Positions 30,259-39,963 of a DNA stretch of 64,000 nt are shown here, one piece after another; within the stretch, counting starts at the first letter, position 1; each line of letters begins with the position of its first letter. The notes beneath the pieces are model-generated. The model was given only the letters and a program-made list of their open reading frames with translations, did no database searches and was not told where the DNA came from. Position numbers and translations under genes: made by a program. This DNA comes from Candidatus Eiseniibacteriota bacterium (GTDB taxonomy: Bacteria > Eisenbacteria > RBG-16-71-46). Location: the NCBI GenBank assembly GCA_963707915.1, contig OY970178.1, forward strand, positions 864,001 to 928,000. Direction: 5' to 3'.

Positions 30259-32376
30259 TCACCGGGCGGGGCCGGGCTGCTCGCGCATCGCCTGCTGGGT
30301 CCTCGATCCGCCGGGCCCGCGGGAGCGCAGCCAGTCCAGCAGCCGCTTCGCCTCCGCCATCTCCTGCGGATAGCCGCCGCCCCGGGCGAAGAAGCGCTCG
30401 AGCGAGCGCCGGGACTCCTCGTAGCGCATGGCCTTCGACTGCATGTAGCCCATCAGCCACCAGTAGCGCCCGACCTCTGGCGCCAGCAGGGTCGCGGCGT
30501 ACGCTTCGATCGCCGCTTCCCCTTCGAAGCCGCTCATGTTCACGAACATCCCGCCGAGCATCGCGTGCGCCTCGGGATCGAGCACGTGCCGCATCATGCC
30601 GCGCGACATGAGATTCACCGCCTGCGCCGTGTCGCCCGCCGTGACGAGTCGCAGGACCTCGGGGATCTCGGGCGTGGGCCCGGCATCCAGCGTCAGGCCG
30701 GCCTGCCGCAGCTCCGCCCGCGCCCGCGTCGTGTCGCCCAGCCCCCATCGCAGCCAGGCCCGCCAGTAGGGCGCGAAGCGATCGTCGGGGCCGACCGCCT
30801 CCGGCAGCTCCAGCAGGCTCAACGCCACCGCGGGGCGCTCCGCCGCCACCGCCGTCAGGGCGAGCGACTGCAACCGCCCCCGATCCATCGCGATCTCGCC
30901 GAGCGTGTCGTTCTTCAAGAGGAAGCCGTACGCCGGCCCGCGGCGGAAGCGCTCCGCGGTGAACTCCATGAGGTAGTACGAGCGCAGGCTGCTGTCGCGG
31001 TAGGCCCAGCGCACCAGCGGACCGTCACCCGCCTGGAAGCCCGTGAACGCCGGCAACCCCCCGAAGAACACCGTGCTTCGCGGCGGCAGGGTGGGCCGCG
31101 CGGCGCGCATCTGCCCGAGGTAGCGTTCGACGAACGAGTTCGCCCGCTCCACGTAGCGGCGGTTCACGTGGGACTGGCTGGTCCAGGCGCCAGGGGCGGT
31201 GATGAACTCGTCGAGCCGCCGCCCGTTCTCCGATCCCCACCCCAGCAGCGCCAGCACCACGATGGCCGTCGAGCGCCGCCGCGTGGCCAGCGCCGCACCG
31301 AGCGCGAGCCCGGCTCCGCACAGCGCGAACAGGTAGTAGTAGGCGCTCCAGGCCGACGCGACGGCGGCCACCGGCACGGCGCCGAGCAGGGCCCACCCGA
31401 TCCCCAGCGCGACCGTCGGGAAACCCGGCGCGGCGCTCGCGCCCGGCGCGGCGCGCCGCTCGCTCCCGGCCAGGGCGACCGCGGCGAGCGCGAGCGCGAG
31501 CGGGACCACCGGCGGCAGCAGCGTGAGGAAGCGCAGCGCCCCGCCCGCGCGCCACTCGAGCCCGAAGGTCACCTGCACGAGGTGCGCGAACGCGGCCGCC
31601 GCGCTCGCCGCGCTCCACGTCACCGCCCCGCGCGCCCCCGGGCTGTGCAGCATGACCGTCGCCCACAGCGCCGCCCAGGCCGCGGCCGCGAGCCCGAGCG
31701 GCCAGCCACGCAGCAGGCTCCGTTGCCATGGCTCCCCGGCGCGGCGGGCGGCCAGCACCGCCACCAGGGGCGTGAACAGCACCGTCTCCTTCGAGAGCAG
31801 CGCGCCGAGCAGCGCCATCGCGGCCAGCCATCGCCGGCCGTCGAGGAACAGCGCCAGCGCCCCGAGCGCGCCGAGCAGTGCCAGCAGATCCTGGCTGCCC
31901 GAAGCCCACAACAGCGGCACGTCCGCCGCGTAGTGGAGCGCCACGAAGGCCGCCGCGATCGCCGCGGCGGTCGTCCCGGCCAGGCGCCGGGTCACCAGGA
32001 AGAGCAGCCCCACCACGCCGAGGAACAGCGCGAGGCTCGCGGCGTGGAAGGCGAACGCCGACTCGCCGCTGGCGTGGGCCAGCAGCCAGAAGTGAAGCTG
32101 CCGACCCACCGGGCGCACGAAATTGCCGATCGGGTCGGGTGAGGTGAGCGCCCCCCAGAGCGTGTGGTTCCGCGCCTGGTCGAGGAACAGGTAGTCGTCG
32201 GCGAAGAACGGCGCGCGCAGCGCCGCGCGCTGCAGCCACGCCGCGGCCAGCAGGATGAGCGCGAGCACGGCCGGCCACGGCAGCACCGGCCACGGCTGCC
32301 GGGCCGCGGGTGCGGCGGACTCGCGGGGCCCCGCGCCGGCCCGGGCGCGGCGTGACGGTCGGGACTTCCGCTTCAC
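30259..32376 (-). CDS. Polytopic membrane protein, GT-C-like, with C-terminal TPR-like region
   Basis: FFADDY after TM1, RP motif, LLSKE motif, many TM helices; helical C-terminus. Confidence 0.65.
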   Translation of the reverse strand: MKRKSRPSRRARAGAGPRESAAPAARQPWPVLPWPAVLALILLAAAWLQRAALRAPFFADDYLFLDQARNHTLWGALTSPDPIGNFVRPVGRQLHFWLLAHASGESAFAFHAASLALFLGVVGLLFLVTRRLAGTTAAAIAAAFVALHYAADVPLLWASGSQDLLALLGALGALALFLDGRRWLAAMALLGALLSKETVLFTPLVAVLAARRAGEPWQRSLLRGWPLGLAAAAWAALWATVMLHSPGARGAVTWSAASAAAAFAHLVQVTFGLEWRAGGALRFLTLLPPVVPLALALAAVALAGSERRAAPGASAAPGFPTVALGIGWALLGAVPVAAVASAWSAYYYLFALCGAGLALGAALATRRRSTAIVVLALLGWGSENGRRLDEFITAPGAWTSQSHVNRRYVERANSFVERYLGQMRAARPTLPPRSTVFFGGLPAFTGFQAGDGPLVRWAYRDSSLRSYYLMEFTAERFRRGPAYGFLLKNDTLGEIAMDRGRLQSLALTAVAAERPAVALSLLELPEAVGPDDRFAPYWRAWLRWGLGDTTRARAELRQAGLTLDAGPTPEIPEVLRLVTAGDTAQAVNLMSRGMMRHVLDPEAHAMLGGMFVNMSGFEGEAAIEAYAATLLAPEVGRYWWLMGYMQSKAMRYEESRRSLERFFARGGGYPQEMAEAKRLLDWLRSRGPGGSRTQQAMREQPGPAR

Positions 32377-32602
32377 GGGGACGTTCGCCCGCGGCGCGCC
32401 GGCAGCGGCCGCACGGCAACGGCGCATCGCACGATGTCGAGGGACCTGGGCTCCATGGGGATCCTCCGGGAGGAGCGGCGCGACGACCCTGGGAGCGGAC
32501 GAGTGTAGCGCGGCCGGCCGGGCGGCGTGAAGCGACGACCGCCCTCCCGGACGGCGCGCCTTTGACTCAGGCGCACCGCGACGGATGCGGTACAATCTCC
32601 CC

Positions 32603-32881
32603 ATGGGTCACACGGGTCACAGCCACCGGACGGCCACCGCCCTCCGGCTCGCCGCGCTGGTCGCGCTGCTCGGGGCACCCCCGCCCCCCGCGGCCCGGCA
32701 GGCGAGCGCCACCGCGTCCGCCCACGCCGGCGCGACCATCGTGGCCGGGATGGGCATCGTCGTGCTCGCGAGCGCCGCGACGGATTCCGTCGCGACCTTC
32801 ACTGTGACGGGCGACGGAAGCGCCGGCTGTTCCGTCATGCTCACGGGCGGCGGGTGCGAAGTGACGCTGGTCCACGACTAG
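32603..32881 (+). CDS. Small exported protein, DUF4402-like but short
   Basis: Signal-like N-terminus; ASATASAHAGATIV...ATFTVTGDG...VTLVHD. Confidence 0.45.
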   Translation: MGHTGHSHRTATALRLAALVALLGAPPPPAARQASATASAHAGATIVAGMGIVVLASAATDSVATFTVTGDGSAGCSVMLTGGGCEVTLVHD

Positions 32882-32935
32882 CCGGGTCGCGGCGGGACGG
32901 ACCTGGGGATGTGATGGCCGCGGCCGGCGGGCGCC

Positions 32936-33976
32936 TCAGGCGGCGAACGCGACGCGGTTGCGCCCGTCCGCCTTCGCCCGGTAGAGCGCGCGGTCGGCGG
33001 CCTCGAAGATCCCCGGCGCGTCGGCGACCGCCGACGGCACGGCGGGCGTCGTCGCCACCCCCAGGCTGAGCGTCGCGCGCACCACTCCGGCCGCGGTCTC
33101 GAAGCGCTCCGCCTCGACCTTGCCCCGCATGCGCTCGGCGATGGTCCGCGCGGCTTCGCCGTCGCAGTGCGGCAGCACCACCAGGAACTCCTCGCCGCCG
33201 AAGCGACCGACCGCGTCGTACGGCCGCAGCGCCGCGCGCAGGCTCTCCACCACGCCGAGCAGCACCCGGTCCCCGGCGAGGTGACCGAAGGTGTCGTTGA
33301 CTTTCTTGAAGTGGTCCACGTCCGCCACGATCACCGACAGCGGCGCGCCCTCGCGCACCGCGCGCGCCAGCTCCCGCGCCAGCACCTCGAGGACCGCGTC
33401 CCGGTTCCAGACCCGGGTGAGCGGGTCCAGCATGCTGCGGCGCCGCAGCTCGTCGCGCTCCGCGACGATCGCGGCCTGGCCGTCGCTGAGCGCCTGCATC
33501 TGGAGCTCGTCCTGCACCCAGCCCGCCAGGAAGCGCAGCGTCTCGACGTCGGCCTCGCGCAGCCGGCGCGGCCGCGTGTCCATGACGCACAGCGTGCCCA
33601 CCTTGCTGCCGTCCGCGAGCCGGAGCGGGTGCCCCGCGTAGAAACGGACGAACGGCGCCCGGGTCACCAGCGGGTCGTCGCGGAAGCGCCCGTCCTCGAG
33701 CGTGTCCGGCACCACGAACGTGTCGTCACCCAGGATGGCGTAGGCGCAGAACGAGGTCGCGCGCGCGGTCCGGGCGGCGCGCCCGCGGTGGGCGGCCTTG
33801 AACCCCTGGACGCGCGAGTCCACCAGGGAGACCGATGCCATCGGCACGCGGAGGAAGCGTGCGGCCAGGCGCGTGATGCGCTCGAAGCGTTTCTCGGCCG
33901 GCGTGAACAGCGGCCCCAGCTCGCGCAGCGTGCGCGGAGAGAAGGCCGGGTCGGGCGTCAGCGGAACGTCGAACAT
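32936..33976 (-). CDS. GAF-GGDEF diguanylate cyclase
   Basis: GAF (SFCAYAI, FYAGHPL), DPLT, DVDHFKKVND, RPYD I-site, GGEEF. Confidence 0.95.
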   Translation of the reverse strand: MFDVPLTPDPAFSPRTLRELGPLFTPAEKRFERITRLAARFLRVPMASVSLVDSRVQGFKAAHRGRAARTARATSFCAYAILGDDTFVVPDTLEDGRFRDDPLVTRAPFVRFYAGHPLRLADGSKVGTLCVMDTRPRRLREADVETLRFLAGWVQDELQMQALSDGQAAIVAERDELRRRSMLDPLTRVWNRDAVLEVLARELARAVREGAPLSVIVADVDHFKKVNDTFGHLAGDRVLLGVVESLRAALRPYDAVGRFGGEEFLVVLPHCDGEAARTIAERMRGKVEAERFETAAGVVRATLSLGVATTPAVPSAVADAPGIFEAADRALYRAKADGRNRVAFAA

Positions 33977-34198
33977 CGCTCGTCTTCCCTCCTCTCGTCC
34001 CATCCCGGCGCAGCACGGCGCCCGGCCCGCCGCAGGCGGGCCCGACGGCGGCACCTGCCCTTCTGATGCAGGCGGCCGGTCCGGGGGCGCACCCGTTCAC
34101 GTCCCCGTGACACTCCGCCGGCGCCTGCGAGGCCTCGGTGGGTGGCGGTCGCCGCGGGCCGGCCCGGGCCCGCCCTGCGCCCCGCCGGGAACTGGGAT

Positions 34199-35651
34199 AT
34201 GCTGCGGCGCTGGGAGGTGCCCATCGTGCCCGTGGAACGGAAGGGTGACCGGCCGCCCCGACGCTGGCCGGCCCCGGAGTGGTTCGTATTCGGCTTCGTC
34301 GCTCTGATATTGGTCCGCCAGCTCCTGCTGCCCCCGATCGTGGGCCTGGCCGACAACGGTGACTTCGTGCGCGTGCTCGGCCCGCTCGGCCTGCAGCACG
34401 AGGCCACGCAGTGGAGCGAGCGATACTTCGGCTGGCTGGAGCAGACCTACGTGCCCGGGCCGAGCGAGCCGGCCCAGCTGCTGTCCTCGCAGCTGCTGCT
34501 GAGCGGGCTGGCGAAGGCGCTGGCCGGCCTGGGCTCGCGGGACGGGAGTCTGGATATCCGCACGCAGGGGGCGGTGCACCTGGTGCTCTACCTGCTGGGG
34601 ATCGCCCTGATCCTGCGGGCGGCCCGCACGTTCCGCCCTCCGGCGCGCGCGACGATCTGCGCAGCCATGCTGCTGGCGGCGACCGACGTGGCCTGGGTGG
34701 CGCCGCTGGCCTCGTTCTACGCCGAGGCCGCCACCCTGGTCTTCCTCGCCCTGCTCGTCGGCTTCGGCCTCCTGGCGCTGCGGGACGACCGCGCCCGTCC
34801 CTGGGCGCTGCCCGGATACTTCGTGGCGGCGGCCCTGTTCGTCGCGGCCAAGCCCCAGAACTACTTCCTCGCGCTGCCCCTGATGGCGCCGCCGGTCGCG
34901 CTCCTGCCACGCCTGTCCCGGGCGCGCGGGCGCGTCGCGGTGGTCGCGGCGGCCATCGCCATCGTGGCGCTCGGAGGGTTCCTGCAGACCCGGGTGCCGT
35001 GGGCGCAGCGCATCCGCAACCTGTGGAACGACGTCTTCTACACCATCCTCGCCGACTCGCCCGACCCGCGCGGCGACCTGGCGCAGTTCGGGCTGGGCCC
35101 GGAGCTGGCGCGCTTCGCCGGCGTGCCCGCCTTCGCGGACTCCATCCCGATCGAGGCGGTGACGGCGCCGCTTCGGGTTCGGTGACGTCCTGCGCTTCCA
35201 CGCGCGCCATCCCCTGCGCTTCCTGGGCACGGCCTCGGCGTGCGCGCGCAGCACTTTCGTCTGGCGCGACCCGCGCATGGGCAACTACACGCACGAGTCC
35301 GGCCGTCCGGCCGGCACGCTGGCGCGCGACTTCTCGGCCTGGAGCCGCGTCGAGGGCATGCTCCTGCCGCGCTCCCTGCTCTTCCTGGTCCTCTTCCTGG
35401 GCGGGGTGATGGCCGTGGCACTGGTCGAGGCGCAGCGCGCGGGCATGGCGACCGCGGCCGGGGGCACGGCGTGGATGTGCGCCGGGCTGGCGCTGGCGGC
35501 GGGCATGGAATTCGGCGTCTGCGTGGTCGGCGACGGCCTCTACGACATCGTCAAGCACCTGTACCTGTTCCAGCTGCTCTTCGACGCCTGCCTCTTCGCG
35601 GCGATCGCCTGGGCCATCGGCCTCGGCACCCGCGGGCTGTCGCGGCTCTAG
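34199..35651 (+). pseudogene. WsfD-like glycan-modifying membrane protein, split by a +1 frameshift at about 35168
   Basis: GLADNGDF motif. First ORF stops at 35185; the shifted frame continues RFGFGDVLRF...GNY...KHL to 35651. Confidence 0.7.
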
Positions 35652-35667
35652 GTTCGCCCCCCGCGAC

Positions 35668-37368
35668 CTACCACTCGCGGAAGATCCCCAGGCTCGCGCC
35701 GCGCACGATGTAGAAGGGCGTGTCGCCGTAGTCCACCTTGGCGTTCAGGCCCCACTGGGCGTCGAACCACTGCGAGTAGCCGAGGTTGAAACCGCTGCCG
35801 CGGTAGTCCACCAGCGCCTTCCCGGGGCCCACCAGCTGGTACGAGACGTTGCCCACGTCGTACCCGACGCCGATCGACAGGCGCCGCCAGACGACGTAGC
35901 TCAGCCCCACGCCACCCGAGGCCGACTGCGTGGCGCCCGGCTGCCCGATGTCGAGGCGCGCCTGCGCGCTGTAGACCCAGTGCGGCGTGTAGCGCACCAG
36001 GCCCAGGCCGACGCCGTCCGAGCGGTTCTCCCCCTTGCTCTGGATGCGCGTGTAGCCCAGCGTCGTGACCACGCCCGCCAGCGGGCGGCTCACCGCGGCG
36101 TCGAGCCGATAGCGGTTGGCGATGAAGTCGCCCGTGCCCGACGACGCGCCGAGCGTCACGCTGGTCTTGCCGAACCAGTGGGCGTACGAGAGCCCGCCGT
36201 CGAGGCTCTCGTCGCCGAAGCGGGCGGAGCGCCCGGCCTCGGCGCGCCAGGCCCAGCGCTCCGCGCGGCCCAGGCCGGCGCGCAGGAACTCCCCGTCGGA
36301 GTCGCCGTAGCCCTCGGTGTAGTGGCCCCAGGCGCCGCCGATCTCGATCGAGCGCGTCAGCGCGGGCGCGCCCCACGCGCCGCCCGCGCCCGCCGCGAGC
36401 AGCACCAGCGCCGCCCCGACCGCGGCGCTCCGCGCGCCGTTTCCGTTCGCCCCGCGGCCGCCGTTGCCGCCGCCGTTGCCGTTGCCGTTGCCGTTCCCGT
36501 TCTGGCGGCCCGCCCAGCGGGCATCCTCGGCGCGCATCGGGTTCCGCCAGCTCACGCCCCAGGCGTAGAACGAGATGAACACCAGCACGTTCACCGTCAG
36601 GCCGAAGACGAAGAACATGAGCGGCATGAACAGCAGCGACAGGTGGTGGATGACGTAGGCGTGCACCACGTACTGCAGCGGCACCAGCACGAGCATGTGC
36701 AGCATCGTCAGCAGCGCGAGCAGGGCCTTGCGCCAGAGGCTGAAGTCGAGCACGAAGTAGGTGAAGCCGAGCATCACCGGGATGAGCGAGATCAGCATGA
36801 GGTCCGCGATGAGCATCCCGTGGACGTAGCCGCTGCCGTCGTAGGGGAAGGCCCACGGCCAGAGCCCGAAGAACAGCTGTGCGCCGGCCTGGAAGAACGC
36901 GAGCAGGCGCAGCACGTAGCGCAGCGGCAGCCACCGCAGCGGCACCGCGAACGAACCGAGCCCGATGACCAGCACGAACGCCAGGCCACCCCACCACAGC
37001 GCGCTGCCCGGCAGGCCGGAGCCGTAGTGCAGGAACGGCACGTCGAACCGGAGCAGGCCGTAGAAGTCGTAGGGCACCAGCGAGACGTGGCCCGGCAGGT
37101 CCACCGCGCCGCGCCAGAACTCGAGCATGCCGACCCACAGGCGCGCGAGCGGACCGAGCAGCAGCAGGTAGGCGGCGAACAGCAGCAGCGCGAGCAGGGA
37201 CGCCGGCACCAGCTTCGCCGGCTGGACCGGCGAGACGCGCAGCGCGCGGTGGGCCGGGATATCGCCGCCGCCCCAGCCGCGCTGGCGCAGCCGCAGCACC
37301 TCGCGGCGCGTCGCGGCGTCGGCCCATGGGAGTTGCGCGTCCAGCAGCAGGTGACGCGAGGTCGCCAT
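35668..37368 (-). CDS. Fusion of a polytopic membrane domain and a YaiO-like outer-membrane beta-barrel
   Basis: Several TM helices, a GN-rich linker, an internal signal-peptide-like segment, then amphipathic beta strands ending LGIFREW. Confidence 0.7.
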   Translation of the reverse strand: MATSRHLLLDAQLPWADAATRREVLRLRQRGWGGGDIPAHRALRVSPVQPAKLVPASLLALLLFAAYLLLLGPLARLWVGMLEFWRGAVDLPGHVSLVPYDFYGLLRFDVPFLHYGSGLPGSALWWGGLAFVLVIGLGSFAVPLRWLPLRYVLRLLAFFQAGAQLFFGLWPWAFPYDGSGYVHGMLIADLMLISLIPVMLGFTYFVLDFSLWRKALLALLTMLHMLVLVPLQYVVHAYVIHHLSLLFMPLMFFVFGLTVNVLVFISFYAWGVSWRNPMRAEDARWAGRQNGNGNGNGNGGGNGGRGANGNGARSAAVGAALVLLAAGAGGAWGAPALTRSIEIGGAWGHYTEGYGDSDGEFLRAGLGRAERWAWRAEAGRSARFGDESLDGGLSYAHWFGKTSVTLGASSGTGDFIANRYRLDAAVSRPLAGVVTTLGYTRIQSKGENRSDGVGLGLVRYTPHWVYSAQARLDIGQPGATQSASGGVGLSYVVWRRLSIGVGYDVGNVSYQLVGPGKALVDYRGSGFNLGYSQWFDAQWGLNAKVDYGDTPFYIVRGASLGIFREW

Positions 37369-37369
37369 C

Positions 37370-38494
37370 TCAGTTCGTTCCTTTCGCCGGCGCCACCGCT
37401 GCGCCCCCGCGCGGCAGCACCACGCCGCCCCCGTGCGCCCAGACCGTGCCGTGCACCGCGCTGCCGGCCTCGATCTCGAGGCAGCGCGCGCTGAGCGTCG
37501 TCGGCCGCTGCTCCGAGCCCAGCCTCGCCCCCGCCTCGAGCCGCCCGTCGCGCTCGGCGACCACCGGCCCGTGGATCTCGCACCCGCGCCCCACCACCAG
37601 GTCCCGCCCCGAGACCACCGAGCCCTCCACCTGCACCCCCGCCCCGAGGACCAGGTCGCCGTGACTCTTCAAGCTGCCGACGATCCGCGTGCCCTCTCCG
37701 ACCTGCAACTCGCCCGTGACCACCAGGCTGGACGTCACCAGCCGGTGCGCGGGGATCTCCAGCCGCTGCCGCACCAGCCAGCGCCCCGCGGCGTCCTCGA
37801 CCAGGTTCGGCACGTCCTTCGCCAGGTACGGTTCCAGCCCCGGGCGCACCGGCCCGGGCTCCACCGGCTCGCCGAACGCGACCGTCGGCGCGTGGAGACG
37901 CTCGAAGCGGCAGCCCTGCTCCAGCGACATGGCCACGTCCGCGGACGCGCGCCCGTGCAGCGCGCAGGACTCCCGCGCCAGCAGGCGCGCCCGTGCGTGC
38001 AACCAGCGCAGCGACCAGCAACCCCGGCCGAGCCGCAGGTCGCCGCCGGCCAGGATGGCGCGGCACACGCTCTCCTCGCCGACCTCCACGCTGCCGGCCG
38101 CGTAGGTCTCGCGCGGGAAGATCGCCCGGGACGGCAGGCCGAGGTCGCCGCAGCCGAGCACCACCGCCTCGCACGTCGGCGGGCCGGCCGGCGCGGTCGT
38201 GAGCGCGGGCATCGCCCCGGAGGGCAGCGCGAGGTACGGCGTGCCGTCCTCGAGCGTGCCGTTCACCGCAGCGCCGCCCGCCCGGCACGCGGCCAGGGCC
38301 GCGCCCAGGTGGCTCTCCACCCACGCCTGGAACGCCGTCGCGAAGTGCCGGATGTCGACGTCGGACGTGCGCACCACGCGCAACGGCTTGATGTCCGTGC
38401 GGCGGCGCGCCTCGAGCAGCGACGGCAGCAGCGGCAGGGCGGCCCAGCCCAGGAAGAGCGCGAGACAGGCCACGACCGTCAGGATCAAGGCCAT
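37370..38494 (-). CDS. Membrane-anchored beta-helix (bactofilin/polymer-forming-like) protein
   Basis: N-terminal TM; repeats such as GELQVGEGTRIVGSL, GDLVLGAGVQVEGSV, RDLVVGRGCEIHGPV. Confidence 0.7.
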   Translation of the reverse strand: MALILTVVACLALFLGWAALPLLPSLLEARRRTDIKPLRVVRTSDVDIRHFATAFQAWVESHLGAALAACRAGGAAVNGTLEDGTPYLALPSGAMPALTTAPAGPPTCEAVVLGCGDLGLPSRAIFPRETYAAGSVEVGEESVCRAILAGGDLRLGRGCWSLRWLHARARLLARESCALHGRASADVAMSLEQGCRFERLHAPTVAFGEPVEPGPVRPGLEPYLAKDVPNLVEDAAGRWLVRQRLEIPAHRLVTSSLVVTGELQVGEGTRIVGSLKSHGDLVLGAGVQVEGSVVSGRDLVVGRGCEIHGPVVAERDGRLEAGARLGSEQRPTTLSARCLEIEAGSAVHGTVWAHGGGVVLPRGGAAVAPAKGTN

Positions 38495-39942
38495 TCTTCC
38501 CCCCCGTCGCGGTAGGCGTGCGGGTGCTCGGTCTTCTGCCAGCGGACCCGCGCGCCCGGCCGGCGCGGCAGCAGGATCTGCAGCAGGGTCTCGTGCGAGA
38601 TGGCGAAGAGGCCGACCAGGAAGCCCAGCATGATGAGCGGCAGCAGGCGCACCCGCGCACGCGAGCCGTCCAGGTAGGCGGCCGCGCTGATCTCGAAGAA
38701 GATGGCGAAGTTGCCCAGCGCGCTGTACGAGGTGACCAGCAGGATGACGATCAGGCCGGGCCGCGTCTCGCCCAGGTACCACAGTGCCATCGCCAGCAGC
38801 CAGCCCAGCAGCAGGACCGGCGACATCAGGTAGACGTTGAGCAGCAGCCAGCCGTCGAGCTTCTCGCGGAAATGCGTCCGCGGCCCCGTCAGCAGGTGCG
38901 TGGCGTGCGCCCACAGCGCCTCGTTGTGCCCCCGCGCCCAGCGCCGGACCTGCCGCATGCGCTGCGGCCAGGTGGCCGGCACCTGCTCGTAGCACTCCGA
39001 GCGGTTCTGGTAGACCGTCTTCCAGCCGCCGCGCAGCAGCCGGAACGTGGCGTCGGTGTCTTCGGCCAGCGTGTCCACGCGCCAGCCGCCGACGCTCTCC
39101 AGCGCCCTGCAGCGCACGCCGCCCACCGTGCCGCCGTACTGCGGCACGAGCTTGAGGTTCATGCGCGCCTGCTGGTCCACCTGGTAGCCGCCGGTGCGCT
39201 CGAGGTCGAGCAGCCGCGTGAGCAGGTTCTGGCCCACGTTGTGCGGCACGACGCGGCCCATCACCGCCCCCACCTCGGGGTCGAAGAACGGCGCCACCAG
39301 CTGCTTGATCAGCCCGTGCCCCGGGATGTAGTCGGCGTCGAACACCAGCGCGATGTCGGTGGTGACCAGCTTCATCGCGTCCCGCAGCGCCGCGGCCTTG
39401 CCCGGCTCGCCCTGCTTGCGGTGATAGGGCGCCACGCGGCCCGGGTAGCGCGCCGCGAACCCGTCGATGATCTCGCCGGTGCGGTCCTTCGAGCGGTCGT
39501 CGACCGGCAGGATGTGCAGCCGCCCGGCCGGATAGTCGACCTCGAGCAGCGCCGTGAGGACCGCCCCGATCACCGGCTCCTCGTCGTGGGCCGGTACCAA
39601 CACCGTCACCTCGGGCCAGTCGGCGGTGTCGATGTCGAGATACGGGTGGCGCTGGGTGCCATGCAGGCGGTTGAGCGTGAACCAGTAGTGGCGGACCACG
39701 TAGACGCAGATCAGCAGCAGGATCGCGTACAGCGGGTAGAGCATCGCCAGCACGTACCACGGGCGGGGGAAACGCTGGCCGAACGGGACCGGCGCGTCGG
39801 CGGACACGGCGAAGGCCACCGCCACGACACCCCACGCCGCGAGGGCGACGCCGAGAGCGGTCAGCCAGGTCCGCAGGTGGAATCGGACGCGTTCGCGTGT
39901 CACCAGGCGGCCCCCCGGATGCACAGAATCCCGATGCTCCAC
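38485..39942 (-). CDS. Processive family-2 glycosyltransferase
   Basis: VPAHDE, DDRSKD, GKAAAL, DAD, AEDTD and QVRRW motifs; flanking TM helices. Confidence 0.92.
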   Translation of the reverse strand: MEHRDSVHPGGRLVTRERVRFHLRTWLTALGVALAAWGVVAVAFAVSADAPVPFGQRFPRPWYVLAMLYPLYAILLLICVYVVRHYWFTLNRLHGTQRHPYLDIDTADWPEVTVLVPAHDEEPVIGAVLTALLEVDYPAGRLHILPVDDRSKDRTGEIIDGFAARYPGRVAPYHRKQGEPGKAAALRDAMKLVTTDIALVFDADYIPGHGLIKQLVAPFFDPEVGAVMGRVVPHNVGQNLLTRLLDLERTGGYQVDQQARMNLKLVPQYGGTVGGVRCRALESVGGWRVDTLAEDTDATFRLLRGGWKTVYQNRSECYEQVPATWPQRMRQVRRWARGHNEALWAHATHLLTGPRTHFREKLDGWLLLNVYLMSPVLLLGWLLAMALWYLGETRPGLIVILLVTSYSALGNFAIFFEISAAAYLDGSRARVRLLPLIMLGFLVGLFAISHETLLQILLPRRPGARVRWQKTEHPHAYRDGGEEWP

Positions 39943-39963
39943 AGAATACTAAAGGAAGCCACT

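Noticed and set aside
32562..32596. TTGACT...TACAAT promoter
   Set aside because: The 23-bp spacer is too long; only the -10-like element may be real.
36440..36500. (ccgttg)n microsatellite as a phase-variation tract
   Set aside because: The 6-bp unit keeps the frame; it encodes the GN linker, covered under the fusion finding.
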